The notes below the pieces were generated by a model. It ran no database searches, was not told where the DNA came from, and saw nothing but the letters and a program-made list of their open reading frames with translations. 64,000 nt of DNA from Harriotta raleighana (taxonomy: Eukaryota), in assembly GCA_050575255.1 (NCBI GenBank), contig JBNZDD010013719.1, positions 3,463,572 to 3,527,571 on the forward strand, in the 5' to 3' direction. Shown one piece after another: positions 36,955 to 50,189 of this stretch (within the stretch, counting starts at the first letter, position 1; each line of letters begins with the position of its first letter). The position numbers and the translations under genes were made by a program.

Positions 36955-36966
36955 CTGTATATAAAG
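36955..36966 (+). promoter_or_regulatory. TATA box upstream of GPR139-like copy 2 (equivalent site at about 28470 in copy 1)
   Basis: ctcctgTATATAAAgg about 55 nt before the ATG; conserved in copy 1, mutated to tagaaagg in copy 3. Confidence 0.5.
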
Positions 36967-37372
36967 GAGGCTCCATCAGTGCATCACTATTAGTCCAAGC
37001 CATTACTTTCACAATGGAGAGATATCACAGCTTCTCAGAAAAAGTCTATAAACCAGATTTCATTTTCCAGATAATGTATATTTACTATTCAATTCTAGGG
37101 GTCATTGGAGTTCCAGGTAAATCAGTGTCACAGTCACTGTATTGCTAATTGAGACAGACTCATAATCTAATAGCAGTCATATAAGCATGTGTTACATGGG
37201 TATCTGTTCAGCCAATCTTCTCAGTGAGAAATTACGCACATTTTACAGCATTTACTTTCTGTCACATCTTTATTATTGAAATGATAGCTTTCTGCAAAAC
37301 TCAACACAAGCAATCTTGAGGCTTATTCTTGCTGGTTTATACCAAGGAGCATAACCTCTAAAGCACGTTAGT

Positions 37373-37670
37373 TAATAATAATAATCCTTCCATTTTGTTT
37401 TTCACATTTTCTGGATGTCTCAAAGCGCGAATATACCATAAAGTGAATTGACTGTATATTTGTGGCTGAAACATGACAGCCAATTGTGCAAAGCAGTGTT
37501 CCACAAACAGTTGTGGATTGAGTAATCAAACTGTTATTGTTTTTCTTTGGAGGGATTATTATTAGGCACGTGGAATAAGGAATTTTGCCCAAGGTTTTGC
37601 CCTGCCTGGAATCGAACCCAGGTCTCTCACTTGCAAGGTGAGTGTTCTAACCACTGAGCTACAAGAATCC
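37373..37670 (-). mobile_element. tRNA-derived SINE (same family)
   Basis: Full head, core and tail on the - strand. Confidence 0.87.
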
Positions 37671-37989
37671 ATGCCTCTGCTATGTGGATATCATCAACTT
37701 GATCATTCAAGTAGGTGAAATGGGACTGCATGTCTGTAGAATAAACTAATCTCCCACACATATTGGAAGCTAATTACTGGCATGTATTAATACATTATTA
37801 ATAATCAAAGAGGGTAAGAATTAATTTTGTTAAATTTACAAAACATAGAATGATGATGAATTATTTCCTCATCTTAAAAGATGTTTTTGAAATATGTTAA
37901 GTCCACATTTCTAGTGAACAAATCTTTCAAGGCCATTCATAGCCTTGCCCCTTCCTGTCAATTCAATCCCACTCCCTGTGCTCTCCCGA

Positions 37990-38490
37990 GAGCTCGGCAT
38001 ACTAGTCCTCATCAAATATTTATCTACTTCTCTCTTAAAAGTTGTTATCAAACTGGCTTCCACCCTTACTGGCAATTCTTTCCAGATCTGAACAACTCGC
38101 TGCTTGAAAAGATTTCTCCTGAACTCCTCTTTGTTTCCTTTAACAATTCTTTTGAATTTGTGTCCTTGCCTACCAACCTACTCAATAGTGGGAATAGTTT
38201 CTCCTTGTTCAACCTATCAAATACGCTCTTAATTTTGAAAACATTATTCAGTCTTCTCTTAACCTTCCCTGAGCCAAGGAGAATAATCCTAGCTTCACTA
38301 GCCATCCCTCATAACTGACACCCCTCATTCCTGGTAAATCTCCTTTGCACCCTTTCCAATGCCTTGACATGCTTCCTAAAGTGTAGTGCCCAGAGCTGAA
38401 TCAGCTGGGGCTAACGAGTATTTAATAAAGGTTCATCATACCTTCCCAACTTTTGTATTCAATGCCTCTATTTATAAAGCCTTGTATCCC
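37990..38490 (-). mobile_element. CR1 LINE 3' fragment
   Basis: RRLNNVFKIKSVFDRLNKEKLFPL; degenerate CR1 C-terminal coding region. Confidence 0.75.
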
Positions 38491-40384
38491 CCAACGCCTC
38501 CCCAAACCCAACCCTCGGTATTGCACTGGAGCATCAGCCAAGAGTACTGGCTCAACTTCCCAATGTGGAGCTTGAACCCACAATGATCTTCATATTCTTT
38601 ACACAAACCTCAAGTCAACCTCCAGCAAATAAAAGGTTCACAGTTGTTCCTCAACCATACTCATTACTGATAAGTTACAGCAAAAAATACTCTGATGATT
38701 ATGCTTACTGAACATGTATTGATATAGACCAGCAATAAGATTGTACTCAACAAGGGAAATATAGTCAGTTATGTCTGTGTTTGTCTCTTTTTTCCAGTTA
38801 ATTTTATGGCGATTGTGATCCTGAGCCGGGGAAAGTGTGGTCTCTCCAGATTATCTCTCACCACCTGGTGGTCATGGCAGCCAGTGACATGCTCGTCATT
38901 TTTTTGATGCCATTCTGACTCGCATGAATTTCCTGTATTTCCTAATATGTTTCCTGGACATCACCCCTGCGTGTGCACTGGTAACCTCCCTGCTTGTGAT
39001 AGCCACCAATATCTCTGCCTAGGTATCAATGGTTTTCACCTTTGATCGCTGTGTAGCCATCAGTTATCAGGGCCTGAAGACACAATATTGCACTGAATAA
39101 TTATTGGTGGTTATATCAATAGTTTTGGGGATCAACTGCGTTAAAAACATTGCCTGCTTCTTCCCTTATGAACTTTGGTTTGTAATCAACAGTTTGCCAT
39201 GGTTTTCAAAACAAAAGCAATCTTTTTTACGTCATCATGGTGGAAGGCATACAACTGGTCAAATTTAATTTTAACCCCCTGTGTTGCATTCTTTCTGATA
39301 TTGCTGCTCAACATTCTGACAGTCAGACAGATTCTCGTGGCCAACAGGGTGCGAAGAGGGCTTGTCAGCCACAGAAGTGAGAAGGGCAGTGACCAGGAGA
39401 TGAAGAATCGAAGAAAGTCCATCATTTTACTCTTCACTGTGTCCAGCAGCTTCATAATACTGTGGGCTAATTATGTGGTGTATTTCATCTACAAACAGAT
39501 AACAAACCATATTTATACAGGTCACAATGACCCTGTGTATATCCTATATGAATGTGGAATTATGCTTCAGATTCTTTGTAGTGCCAATCACTTTTGTTTA
39601 TGCTGTGACCCAGACGAAATTCAGCGAGTAAGTGACAAATGCAATCAAATATCCATTCCATCTCATTTATAAATTAGTCACTTAAGAAAAGTAACATTTC
39701 CCTGTTAACTTTGTTGATTAACCCCGCTGCCTTGTGTGAAAATGATCCGTGCTTTACCTGCCCAATGACAGTATACTGACATTTGTGGACTGGCGAAAGA
39801 ATCAAAATGCAAAAAAACTACAGCAAAATGCAATAAATCAAGTTGTACCTAACAGGCTAATGGCACAACAACTCTCTTCCATGTGCAGTCTGATAAAGCA
39901 CTTTGGTACATCTTCCCAATGTGCAAGGCACTTTAGAAATATAATTTTGTTGTTGATTAAGCAAACACTGGTAGCCTGGCATGGAATGCGCTCCCAGTCA
40001 ATACTACTTCTGTACTCCATCATGGGGAATTTTCATTCGATCCACATTCTTACTGAAGTCAGCTTGACTTTTTATAAACAAAATTTGGAAGGCGAAAACA
40101 AAAGAGTCAAGGAAGCAGAGGGAGGAGGAGAGAAAGGGAAAGTGTATTCAGTATAAATGCAGAGTAAAATGACATCTGATGCGATTTGTGCACAACTACC
40201 CAGCAAAATAACATTTTATGGAATGTCTAAAAAAAATCACAAGCAAGATAAAATTTCAAGTGGTTTCAGTACAACTGTGGAATAACATGACTTGATACAA
40301 TGTCACCATGAATATGCAGCAAAATAACATTTCATGGAATTGCTGTCAAAATGTTGAGGGAAATAAAATTTCAAGGGCTGAAGA

Positions 40385-41225
40385 CAAATGTCTAACTAAC
40401 TTGATTGAGTTATTCTATAAAGTATCAGAGAGGGTTGATGATGGTAGTGCAGTTGGTGTTATGTAAATGGACTTTCAAAAGGCATTTTATAAAGTCCCAC
40501 GCAATACAGTTGTTAGCAAAATTGAAACTCATAGGATTAAGGGAATAATAGTAGCATTGATCTGAAATTGGCTGAAGGTAATGGTGAACCATTGTTTTTC
40601 AGACTGGAAGGAGAATACAGTGGTTTCCCTCAAAGGTCACTATTAGGACCATTGGACTTTTTAAGACCTTGACTTGGATATAGAAAGCAAAATTTCAAAG
40701 TGCACAGCTGCCACAAATTTTGGAAACATAGTAAAGTGTGAGTCGGAAGAGTGGGCACCACACTTGAGGAAGAAATGTCAGGGCCTTGGAGAGTGTGCAG
40801 AGAAGACTTACAAGAATGATACCAGAGATGGTATCATTGTTGTAAGAATCATATGGAGAGACTTCAGAGGCTCGGGTAATTTTCAGGAGAGCAGAGAAGG
40901 TTCAGGAACGATTAAATAAAGGTGTTCAAAATTACAAACTTCTCCCAGTGGAGTAGACGCAAAGAAAATATTACCTCTGGCAGGTCAGGCAAAGATTTAA
41001 GATAATTGGCAAAAGAAGTCTGGAACGCATTGCCTGAAAGGCAGTTTTGATAATATCTTCTATAAGGAAATTACATAGATACAGTACTTAACAAGGAAAC
41101 AAGTACTGCACTGTGAGGTAAGAGCGGGGGAGTGGAATTACTGTTCTCTTAACAAGCTGACACAGGCAAGTTGGACCCAATGACTTCCTCTATGCTACAA
41201 GATTCTAGGATTCCAAATTCTATGA
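40385..41225 (+). mobile_element. Degenerate CR1 LINE RT and 3' end
   Basis: tgtctaactaacttgattgag, atggactttcaaaaggca (MDFQKA), ending in a ttctatg tail. Confidence 0.75.
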
Positions 41226-42165
41226 AATGTAATGTAGTGTTATATTTGTGCAGAAATCTCATCAAACATCATTTAAAACCAGATTTGTTTAATGTGCGAG
41301 GAACAACATACATTATATGTATCTTTCTGAAATACTATGAATTGTTTTGAGACAACACAAGTTTTTTATATTGCCAATTGTCACCAGTGATTGGTGTCAG
41401 AGAGGTGATAGTCATGATCTGTTTGTCCAGCTGACTGTAACTAACACAAATGAAGAAGCCAGAAATGGTCCCATTGGACATTGCTCTCCTGTAGAAAGGA
41501 GTCTCCTTCAGTACATCATTATTAGTCCCGCTGATACTTTCGCAATGGGGAGATCTCATGGCTTCTCGGAAAAAGTCTATAAACTAGACTTAATTTTCCA
41601 GATAATATACATTTACTATCCCATTCTGGGGGCCATTGGAGTTCCAGGTTAGTCAGTCACTGTATTATCTCAGGAGACAGTATCATAACCTAACAGCAGT
41701 GATATAAGCATGTGTTACATGGGTATTTATTCAACCAATCTTCTCAGTGAGAAATTGCGCACATTTTACATGATTTGCTTTCTGTCACATCTTTATTATT
41801 GAAATGATAGCTTTCTGCGAAAATCAACACAAGCAATATTGAGGTTTATACTTACTTGATTGTACAGTACCTGTTGCATATTGCTTCAAAGACATAAGTT
41901 GCAATTGAGTATGGAAGATGCCAGGATAAAAGGTTTGAAAGAAGTTGATTTGTAAAGTTGGAATTAAACACCAAATTAATCTACATCATGTTTTGGATTA
42001 AATAGCATTACATGGTATCAGAAATGAAAACGGAGCCTGGAGTAAAACTGATTCCAGGAGATAGAGGGACCACCCCCAGAGTGAGAGATAAATGCACAGA
42101 TAGACAGAGACACACAGAGAAAGACAGAGAGAGACAAATAGACACATTGACTGAGACCCAAATTG

Positions 42166-42482
42166 TGGAGTTCTGTAGCTCAGTCGTTAAAGCACTCGGC
42201 TTGCAAGCATGAGACCTATGTTTCAAAATCAGGCAGATTGGGGCAAAATCTTCAGCAAGTTTCCTTACTCCACATGCCTAATAATAAGCTCTCAAAAAAA
42301 ACTGTAATAAATTGATCATTTTAATCCATGACTGTTTGTGGGACACTGCTGTGTGCAATTCGCTGCAGCATTTCGTCTGCAAATATAAAGTCATTTCACT
42401 TTATAGTATATTATGTGAAGTGCTTTGAGACATCTAGAAGATGTGAAAAGCGCTATATCAAACTTCAAGTATTATTATTATT
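42166..42482 (+). mobile_element. tRNA-derived SINE (same family)
   Basis: ggagttctgtagctcagtcgttaaagcac... ending in (att)n. Confidence 0.87.
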
Positions 42483-42500
42483 AAGTCAGATAGATAGTTA

Positions 42501-43344
42501 CAGTTAACCCTCATCGGGGATTACATTCCTGGAAAACTGCGCACTCAGTAAAATCGTGTTGGGTAATCTTAACAAGCAATGAGAAAAAGGAGCTTAGGGG
42601 AATCCAACTACAGGCTACCCACTTCAAGCCTCCAGGCAGATCCACACCCGACCGATGCAAGATACGTACTGAGGCGGGCTAAAGCCGGCTGGCCCGCTCT
42701 CGTCACTTTCCCTACTCTCATCTCCCCTACCCCTCGGGAAGTGGGCAAATCAGGGGGAGCTCGGGAGGGAGGCAGAGAGCAACAAGGGAGAGGGCAGCTG
42801 GAGAGGGGAGAGGGCAAATGGGGAGAGGAGAGGGCAGAGATTAGCTGGGGAAGGGAGGGGAGAGGGCAGCGAGCCGCCGGGGAGGGGAGAGGAGAGGGCA
42901 GAGAGCCACCGCCGTTGCCTTGTAAAGTCACTTCAGTCCAGCAGGCAGTTATCCAGACAGACGACGGAGCGACGGTGCCAGACCCACTGCGCCAGACCCA
43001 CCATGAACAGGTTCTGCAAGTGGCTGTACAAAGCCAAGGTAAGTTTAATGATAGACACAGATAGACAGCTTCCCCCCACCCCCTCGAAGATGCGCAGCAG
43101 GTAAGTTTTCAGTGGATGACTTCTGAGACAAACTGCCAGGTTGAAAGAAGGAAGTGATTTCCAACTTTGACTTTCCAAGGGTGCATTGCGCGGGACCGGC
43201 GTCCTCACAAATGCGCATATGTGGGGGTATATGCCAGGGTGTACATGCAAGTATTACGTGCATTACGCAAAAAGTTACGCATTATTTTCTTTGCGTATAG
43301 TTGAATTCTCAGTCGAAAAAGTCGCGTTCAGCAAGGGTTAACTG
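42501..43344. mobile_element. Non-autonomous Tc1/mariner (Tigger/pogo-like) DNA transposon
   Basis: ta|CAGTTAACCCT...AGGGTTAACTG|ta: terminal inverted repeats flanked by a TA target duplication. Confidence 0.8.
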
Positions 43345-44904
43345 TATATCCATTTTTATTTCTTGTTTCCAGTTAAGTTGATGGCGATCATGATCCTGAG
43401 CCGGGGAAAGTGTGGTCTCACCAGCTGTATCTCTCACTACCTGGTGGCCATGGCAGTCAGTGACCTATTGGTGATTCTATTTGATGCCACTCTGACTCGC
43501 AATTTCCTGTATTTCCCCAATTGTTTTCTGGACATCACCCCCGTGTGTGCACTGATAACCTTCCTGCTTGTGGCAGCCACCCAACATCTCTGCCTGGTTA
43601 ACAGTGGTTTTCACCTTTGATCGCTGTGTAGCCATCAGTTATCAGGGACTCAAGACAAGATATTGCACTGAGAAGACAGCAGTGGTGGTTATATCAATAG
43701 TTTGGGGGATCAGCTGTGTGAAAATATTGCCTGGTTCTTCACATGTGAACCTTGGGCCATGGTTTTGCAACAATGGGCCATGGTTTTGCAAAACAAAAGC
43801 AATCTTTTATACATCATCATGGTGGAAGACATACAACTGGTTAGACATTTATTGCATTTTTTCTGACATTGCTGCTCAACATTCTGACAGGCAGACAGAT
43901 TCTCATGGCCAATAGAGTGCGAAGAGGGCTTGTCAGCCATAATGGTGAGAAGGGCAGTGACCAGGAGATAGAGAATCGAAGAAAGTCCATCATTTTACTC
44001 TTCAGAATGTCCAGCGGCTTCATAATATTGTGGGCTACGTACGTGGTGTATATCATCTACATGCAGCAAACAAATCATTCTTATAAAAGTTACAATAACC
44101 CTGTAAGTTACAATAACCCTGTGTATCCTGTATGAATGTGGAATTATGCTTCATATTCTGAGCAGTGCCACAAACACTTTTATTTATGCTGTGACCCAGA
44201 GGAAATTCAAAGAGGAAGTAACAAATGTGATAAAATATCCTTTCCATCTCATTTATAAATTTGTTACATAAGGAGAATATTTCCCTGTTAACTTTCTTGA
44301 TGAACCCCACTGCAAGTGTAAAAATGATCAGCACCTTACAATATCCTGTCCAATTTCACTGTCCCGAAATGTGTGGACAGGCAAACGCATCAAAATGCAA
44401 TAAATCCATAGCAAATCAAGTTCTTCCCAACAGTGTAATGTTAATTAATGTTTCCTGTAAATAGTTTGTGAGTTCTGATAGAGTTGAAGTATCAATATTG
44501 CTTCAGCTCCTAGATCTTTGTGGAGTCCTGTAGCTCAGTGGTGAGAGCCCTCATCTTACAAGACCTGCGTTCGAATCCAGGCAGGTCAGGGCAATCCCTT
44601 TTCCTTTTCCTTGTCCCCGCCTTGTCCATCTTTACATCACACCTTCAATTTATGGTCAATCTTCTCACTTCTCATCTCCGTCTCAGCTACAAGTTCAGCT
44701 ATTGGAACTGGAGATTTGAGTAAACAATAGATAATATGAGTTAAAATAACACAGTGTATGAAAATTTGGGTTGAAAATAAACATCTATATTCACTCTCCT
44801 CACATCTGCTCAACCCTGGCTCAACTCATTGTTATACACTTCAAGCCATGACCTCACTGAAAGGGTGATGTATACAAGTTGTTGTTCAGTTGATTTAACA
44901 ATGC

Positions 44905-45620
44905 AACACAGCAACAACAAATGTACACATGTATGGCACCTTTCACAGGACGCCCAAAGCGCTGAACAGTCAGGTTGTGATCTGAGCAGGGTGGGGGTTG
45001 TCGGGGGAGGGAGAAGGAGAGTGGGAGAGGGGGAAGAATTAGGGGGGGGGCGCCGAAGGTGTGGTCGAAGAGGAGGGTCTTCAGACCGACCTTGAAGGAG
45101 GAAAGTGAGGAAGCAAGGTGGCGGGACTGCAGGATGGAGCCAAAGTGTGGGGGGGTTAGAGAGGCTGAAAGCCCGGCGGTTAGGGCGGTGGACGCAGAGT
45201 AAGTCTGAGTCTGCTGAACGGAGGGTGCGGGCAGGCTGATAGGGAGACAGCAGGTCAGCGAGATAGGCAGGGACAAGGCTGTGAATGGCCTTGAAAGTGA
45301 GGACAAGTATCTTGAATTATTCTCTGGGGGATGGGGAGCCAGTGGAGTCAAGCGAGGGTGGGAGTAATGTGGTCATGAAGCCTGGTGCGGGAGAGTATAT
45401 GAGCTGCAGAATTCTGAATGATCTGCAGCCTGTGAAGGAGTTGGGACGGCCAACGCAGTCAAGCCTAGAACTGATAAAGGCATGAATGAGGTTTTCAATA
45501 GCATCTGGGATGAGGTAGTAGCAGAGCCTGGCAATTTTGCGGAAGTGGTGGAAGGTTGTGCCAGTTATGGAGCAGATGTGGGGGAGTAGTGATAGTTTGG
45601 GGTCACCTCAGACCCCGATA
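44905..45620 (-). mobile_element. L2 LINE 3' fragment
   Basis: FKVGLKTLLFDHTF; tail cagcgctttgggcgtcctgtgaaaggtgc. Confidence 0.85.
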
Positions 45621-46564
45621 CACCACACTACAATACAATCCAACACAATAAGGATTGTCCTCGCAGCTTTATTATCTTCTCTTGTAACCACATTGTATCT
45701 TCAATATTATCTGTTCATTGTATCCTTGTTAAATTGTAATAATATATATATTGTCTGGTCATTATATCATCATTGTCTACTCATTAAATCCTCATTACAT
45801 CCAAACAATGATCATTCTATCCTTATTATACCCACACTGTATCCACATTTTTTCTTTATTATATTTTGTTGCATCTTCATTGCTTCCTAATTTCAGTTTT
45901 TTTAAATCATTAGTCAATTTTTTTTCCTATTTCCGATGGTTGCATTGGATGGCATCTGGTCTGCTGCTCATGCACTATGTTTCAGCATTGAGTCTCACAA
46001 ACAACTCAATTGTAAAGAGCTTTGCAGACAATGTGGCTTCTCCCCACCAGCCTACCCTACCACTTTTAGAGAGTGCTGAATAGTGAAGATAAGACAGAAC
46101 CTATCTAATGTTACCCTCCTTGGCCCTGGGAACTCATCTCCCTATGCAGCCTTGTTGTGACTAGAAAACACAGAATGGGCTGGCATTGAGCGAGCTTCCA
46201 AACCATTCTACTTCAGTATTCTATCATTTGGAATTTTCATTTGATCCACATTGTAACTTGATTTGTTTACCAAATATGGGAGCCACATCTCCCACCAGCT
46301 CCGCAAAGTCTGCTTCCCCCACTTCTGAAAGGTAAACCCCACTTCCCTGGTCCACATGCTACCCAACTCTTTCCCCTCACACTTCACAGCCGCTCACTCT
46401 ACCATATCCATGCCCCCAACCCTCCCCCACATATACCCCCATTGGGCATTTGCCAAGCATTCATTGGAGTAGTCCACCGAGAGTTAACAAAGTCATGGAC
46501 CAGGGTTGCGGCAGCTGTTGGGGTGAGGTATTGGCGGAGATGGGCAATGTGGACAATGTAGACA

Positions 46565-47070
46565 CTTGATAGTAATGATGATAAAAGATAGCCAAAATGG
46601 GTTCACAAATAGGAGATCCTGCCAAACTAATTCACTGGGTTTGTTTGATGGTATGACAAAGGAGCTTGATATGGGTAAGGGAATGGATGATGTATATACG
46701 GATGTGGTTCTGGCCTTTGATACAGTTCCATATATAATGCTGGTATTTAGAATAAAGAAAGCAAGAATCAGAGAAAGTATCTTACAATAGATGTTTAATT
46801 GACTGATTGGAGAATGTTACCAGTGGAGTTCCACGGGGAATTGATTTTGAACCTCTTTTATTTAACCTCATCATAAAAGATTTGGAATTAGGAGTCACAA
46901 GGATAGTGGCTAAAGTTGCCCAAGAAACAAAGATAATAAACATGGTAGACTGCAAAATTGAACAGGATAGATTAAAGGTGGGTTTAAACACACTTGGGAA
47001 TTGGGCAGCATGATGGCAGATGAAGTTCAATGTAAAGTAATGCAAAATACTTCACAAAATCTAGGAAGGG
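46565..47070 (+). mobile_element. CR1 LINE RT fragment (inverted paralog of 35613-36135)
   Basis: SQNGFTNRRSCQTN...AFDTVP; VTSGVPRGIDFEPLLFNLIIKDLE. Confidence 0.85.
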
Positions 47071-47619
47071 CTATTATTTAATGGGGTTCTACAGTTCATT
47101 CATTAGAGCACTCATCTCACAAGCAAGAGACTTGGGTTCTATTCCCAGCACGGTGAAATGCTGTGTAAGTTTCCTTACTCAACATACCCAACAGTGAGTA
47201 GGAACTGTCGGATAAGTGAAAGTTGAGGTGGAACATGATTACAGTCTAAGATTCTGAAGGAAATAGATAATGTAGACCACGATAAGATGTTAACCTCTGC
47301 AGAAACTCTTATTGAGAGAGTGAGAAGTAAACTTATTGAACATGCTTTGTAGGAGGACAGTGGAAGCAAAAATATCATTTGAGAGAGAGAGAGAGCAGAG
47401 AGATATTGAGAGTGTTTGAGGGGTAGAGAAAAGGTGAGAAAGATTGTGAGGTGGGAAAGAGTGAATGTGATGGAGAGAAATAAAAAGTTACGGGAAAATT
47501 GAGAGATGGTGATTGGGAAAGTTTGAGAGGGGAAAGAGACAGTGTGTGAAGGTGAATGGGGTAAGAAGAGGGTCTTCCATTATGAGGAAAGGCTACATTG
47601 ACTAGCATAATTCTCTTAC

Positions 47620-47985
47620 AAACAGATAAGGTTGGGAGGAGACCTAATAGCGGTTTATAAAATCATGATGGAATCCAACATAGTGAATCAAAAAAACTTT
47701 TTCCATTGGTGGATAAATCTGTGACTCGTGGTCACAAATAAACAATAATTTGCAAACAAAACAGATGGGACAAGAATAATTTTTTCACTCAGCGAGTTGT
47801 TCGAATCTGGAATGTATTGCCTGAAGAGGTGGTGGATGCGGATTCGATAACAGCTTTTAAAAGAGAATTGGATCTTTCCTTGGGGAGAGTGGGCAGTCGG
47901 ATTCAGTTATTCTTTTCAAAGAACCAGCACAGATTAGAAGGGCCGAATGGCCTCATTTTGTTGCATAAAATTCTATGATTCTATG
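47620..47985 (+). mobile_element. CR1 LINE 3' end
   Basis: Homologous to about 35205-35600; ends ttctatgattctatga. Confidence 0.85.
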
Positions 47986-49910
47986 AATCCTAAGCCTAAC
48001 ACTCTAACCCTAACTCTAAACTTTAGAAATTCCAACCCTAACCCTAATCCTATTGCTCACGCTCTAATCCTCTATCCATAACCATAACTCTAACCCTCAC
48101 CATAAGCCTAACCATAACTCCCTAACCCTATCCCTAAGCATGGAAAACCAAACCGTAACCCCCTAACGTCTACACCTATGTCTAACCCTAGCGATTTTTA
48201 GCGTTACAAGACTTTTGAGGGTTATGATGCTGATTTCTCATCTTACTGCGATGTTTTATGTTTTTGAGTCTTTGTCTGGTTTTGAGGTTTTTAGGGTTCT
48301 GTGAATGTTTAGGTTTCTGAGGCTTTTGATGGTTATTGAGGCATTTTATGTTTTGAGATATTTTTAGGGTTGTGAGGCATTTTAGGTTTCTGAGGCTTTG
48401 TCTGGTTTTGAGGATTTTTTAGGGTTCTAAGACTGCTTCGGGTTCTGAATTGTTTCTCCGTAGAAATATCCTAACAATACAAACTCTAAATTTATCCTGA
48501 AGGATGGAGTCCTAACTCGAATCCTATGGGAGGAACACAAACTATAACTCTAACCCCTAACGCTAATCATAATGAAGGAACCCTGAACCTAATCCTAAAT
48601 GTGGAACCCTCAGGATGGAACCATAAACTTAACTTAAAGGATGGAATCCGTAACCCTAATTCTGACCCAACCCAACCCAACAGTAACCTTAATCTTAACC
48701 TTAAATCTATCCCTAAACCAAATACTCAAATCCAAAATCTAAACGCTAAACGCATGATGGAAGCTTAAACCTGACCCTAATGTTCTAACGCTATGCCTAA
48801 CACCCTAACCCTAACGCTACCCCTACCTTGACCCTAACCCCTAACCTCTAATGCTAACCCGAACCCCAACAACAACCGAACCCAAACCAACCATAATCCT
48901 AAACCTAATCTAGATTAGGTTTTAGGTTACTGAGATTTTTGAGTGGTATTGAGGCCTTTTGTATTTTAAGTTTTTTTAGGTTTGTGAGGCATTTTAGATT
49001 TCTGAGGTTTATTTGGGTTCTGAGGCATTTTAGGCTTCCGTATCTTTTTGAAGGTTTTGAGATTTGATAGGATTCTAAGGTGTTTTATGGTTTTCTGAGA
49101 CGGAGGATCAATTGTTGGAAACTTCGCTGATACACAAGGGATGCTCTGCTGTTTATTGCTAATGCAAACACCGCTGTTATTTTATTTGTAGTTTATGTTT
49201 TATTGGTAACAATGTCGCCTAAAGTAAAATTTCAAAAGTCTCACAACACTAAAACACCTGAGAATCCTAAAAAAAATCTCAAAACCAAAAATGCACCAGC
49301 AAACTAAAATGCCTCAGATCTTTGATACGCTGCAAAACCATAAAAGCTGCATAACCCCAAACATCTCAGTAAGCTAAACAGTCTCAGACGACCATAAAAC
49401 GCCTCATAATCCAAATAAACCTTAAAATCATAAAAGGCCTCAGAAACTAAAAAGCTTCAGAACCCTAAAACATCTCCAAATCCTCAGCAACCTAAAACGG
49501 CCCAGAAACATGAAAAGCCTCAAAACCCTGAAACACCTCAGAACCCTTAAAAACATCAAAACCTAAAATCGCTCAGCACCCTAAAAATGTTCACAATCCT
49601 AAAAAACTCAAAACATTGAAAACCAAATCTCAGAATCAGTACAAAAAACCTTCAGAAACATAAAATGCCCCTGAATGCTAAGAAATCTCCAATATCCCAA
49701 AACACTAAAACATTTCAAAATCCTAATAAACCTCAATAAAAAGCCGCAGAAACCTAAAATGCCACGGACTCCTAAAAAAAAAACCTGCAAACCCTTCAGA
49801 GCCTCATCAGCGTCAAAAGGCTCAGTACCCTAAAATGCCTCAGATATCTAAAAAAAAGGACGACAAAACCAGATAAAGACTCAGGTACATCTGAGGCTTA
49901 AATACCAAAG
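47986..49910. repeat. Composite array 1: degenerate (CCCTAA)n blocks alternating with ~19-bp satellite blocks in both orientations
   Basis: taaccc-rich at 47986-48190 and 48460-48910; tttctgaggcattttagg-type units at 48190-48460 and 48910-49098; reverse-complement units at 49230-49910. Confidence 0.85.
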
Positions 49911-50189
49911 AGCTAAAACAAGATTGATCCTGCAGCTCCATCAGAACTCACAAGGTGTCTGTAGGTAACATTGATCACCATTAATCTGTTGGGTACAACA
50001 TCATTTGCTGTTGATTTACTTGTTTGACTGTCAGAATGTTGAGTAGCAATATGAGAAACAATGCAATACAAGGGATTAAAATTGTGTTTGACCAATTTAA
50101 TGCCTTCTACTATAATTATGTATACAAGATTGCTTTACTTTTGGAAAACCATGGCTCTCCATCCCCCGGAAGATTCTGTTCAAGATCCT

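Larger units (their letters stand above)
37014..39685 (+). pseudogene. GPR139-like GPCR pseudogene, copy 2 (exons 37014-37116 and 38798-39685)
   Basis: MERYHSFSEKVYKPDFIFQIMYIYYSILGVIGVP|...LILLLNILTVRQILVANRVRRGL...DQEMKNRRKSIILLF; exon 2 has several frameshifts and stops. Confidence 0.87.
41545..44271 (+). pseudogene. GPR139-like GPCR pseudogene, copy 3 (exons 41545-41647 and 43373-44271)
   Basis: ILSRGKCGLTSCISHYLVAMAVSDLLV, SAWLTVVFTFDRCVAI, ENRRKSIILLF and TNTFIYAVTQRKFKEEV are split across reading frames; 17-bp tandem duplication near 44090-44122. Confidence 0.87.

Noticed and set aside
47986-48910. True telomere or recent head-to-head chromosome fusion site
   Set aside because: The repeats are highly degenerate, and no clean (TTAGGG)n-(CCCTAA)n junction is present.
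49230-49910. Regularly spaced short repeats resembling a CRISPR array (also 54336-56075)
   Set aside because: The units are degenerate and contiguous with no unique spacers, there are no cas genes, and the DNA is vertebrate.
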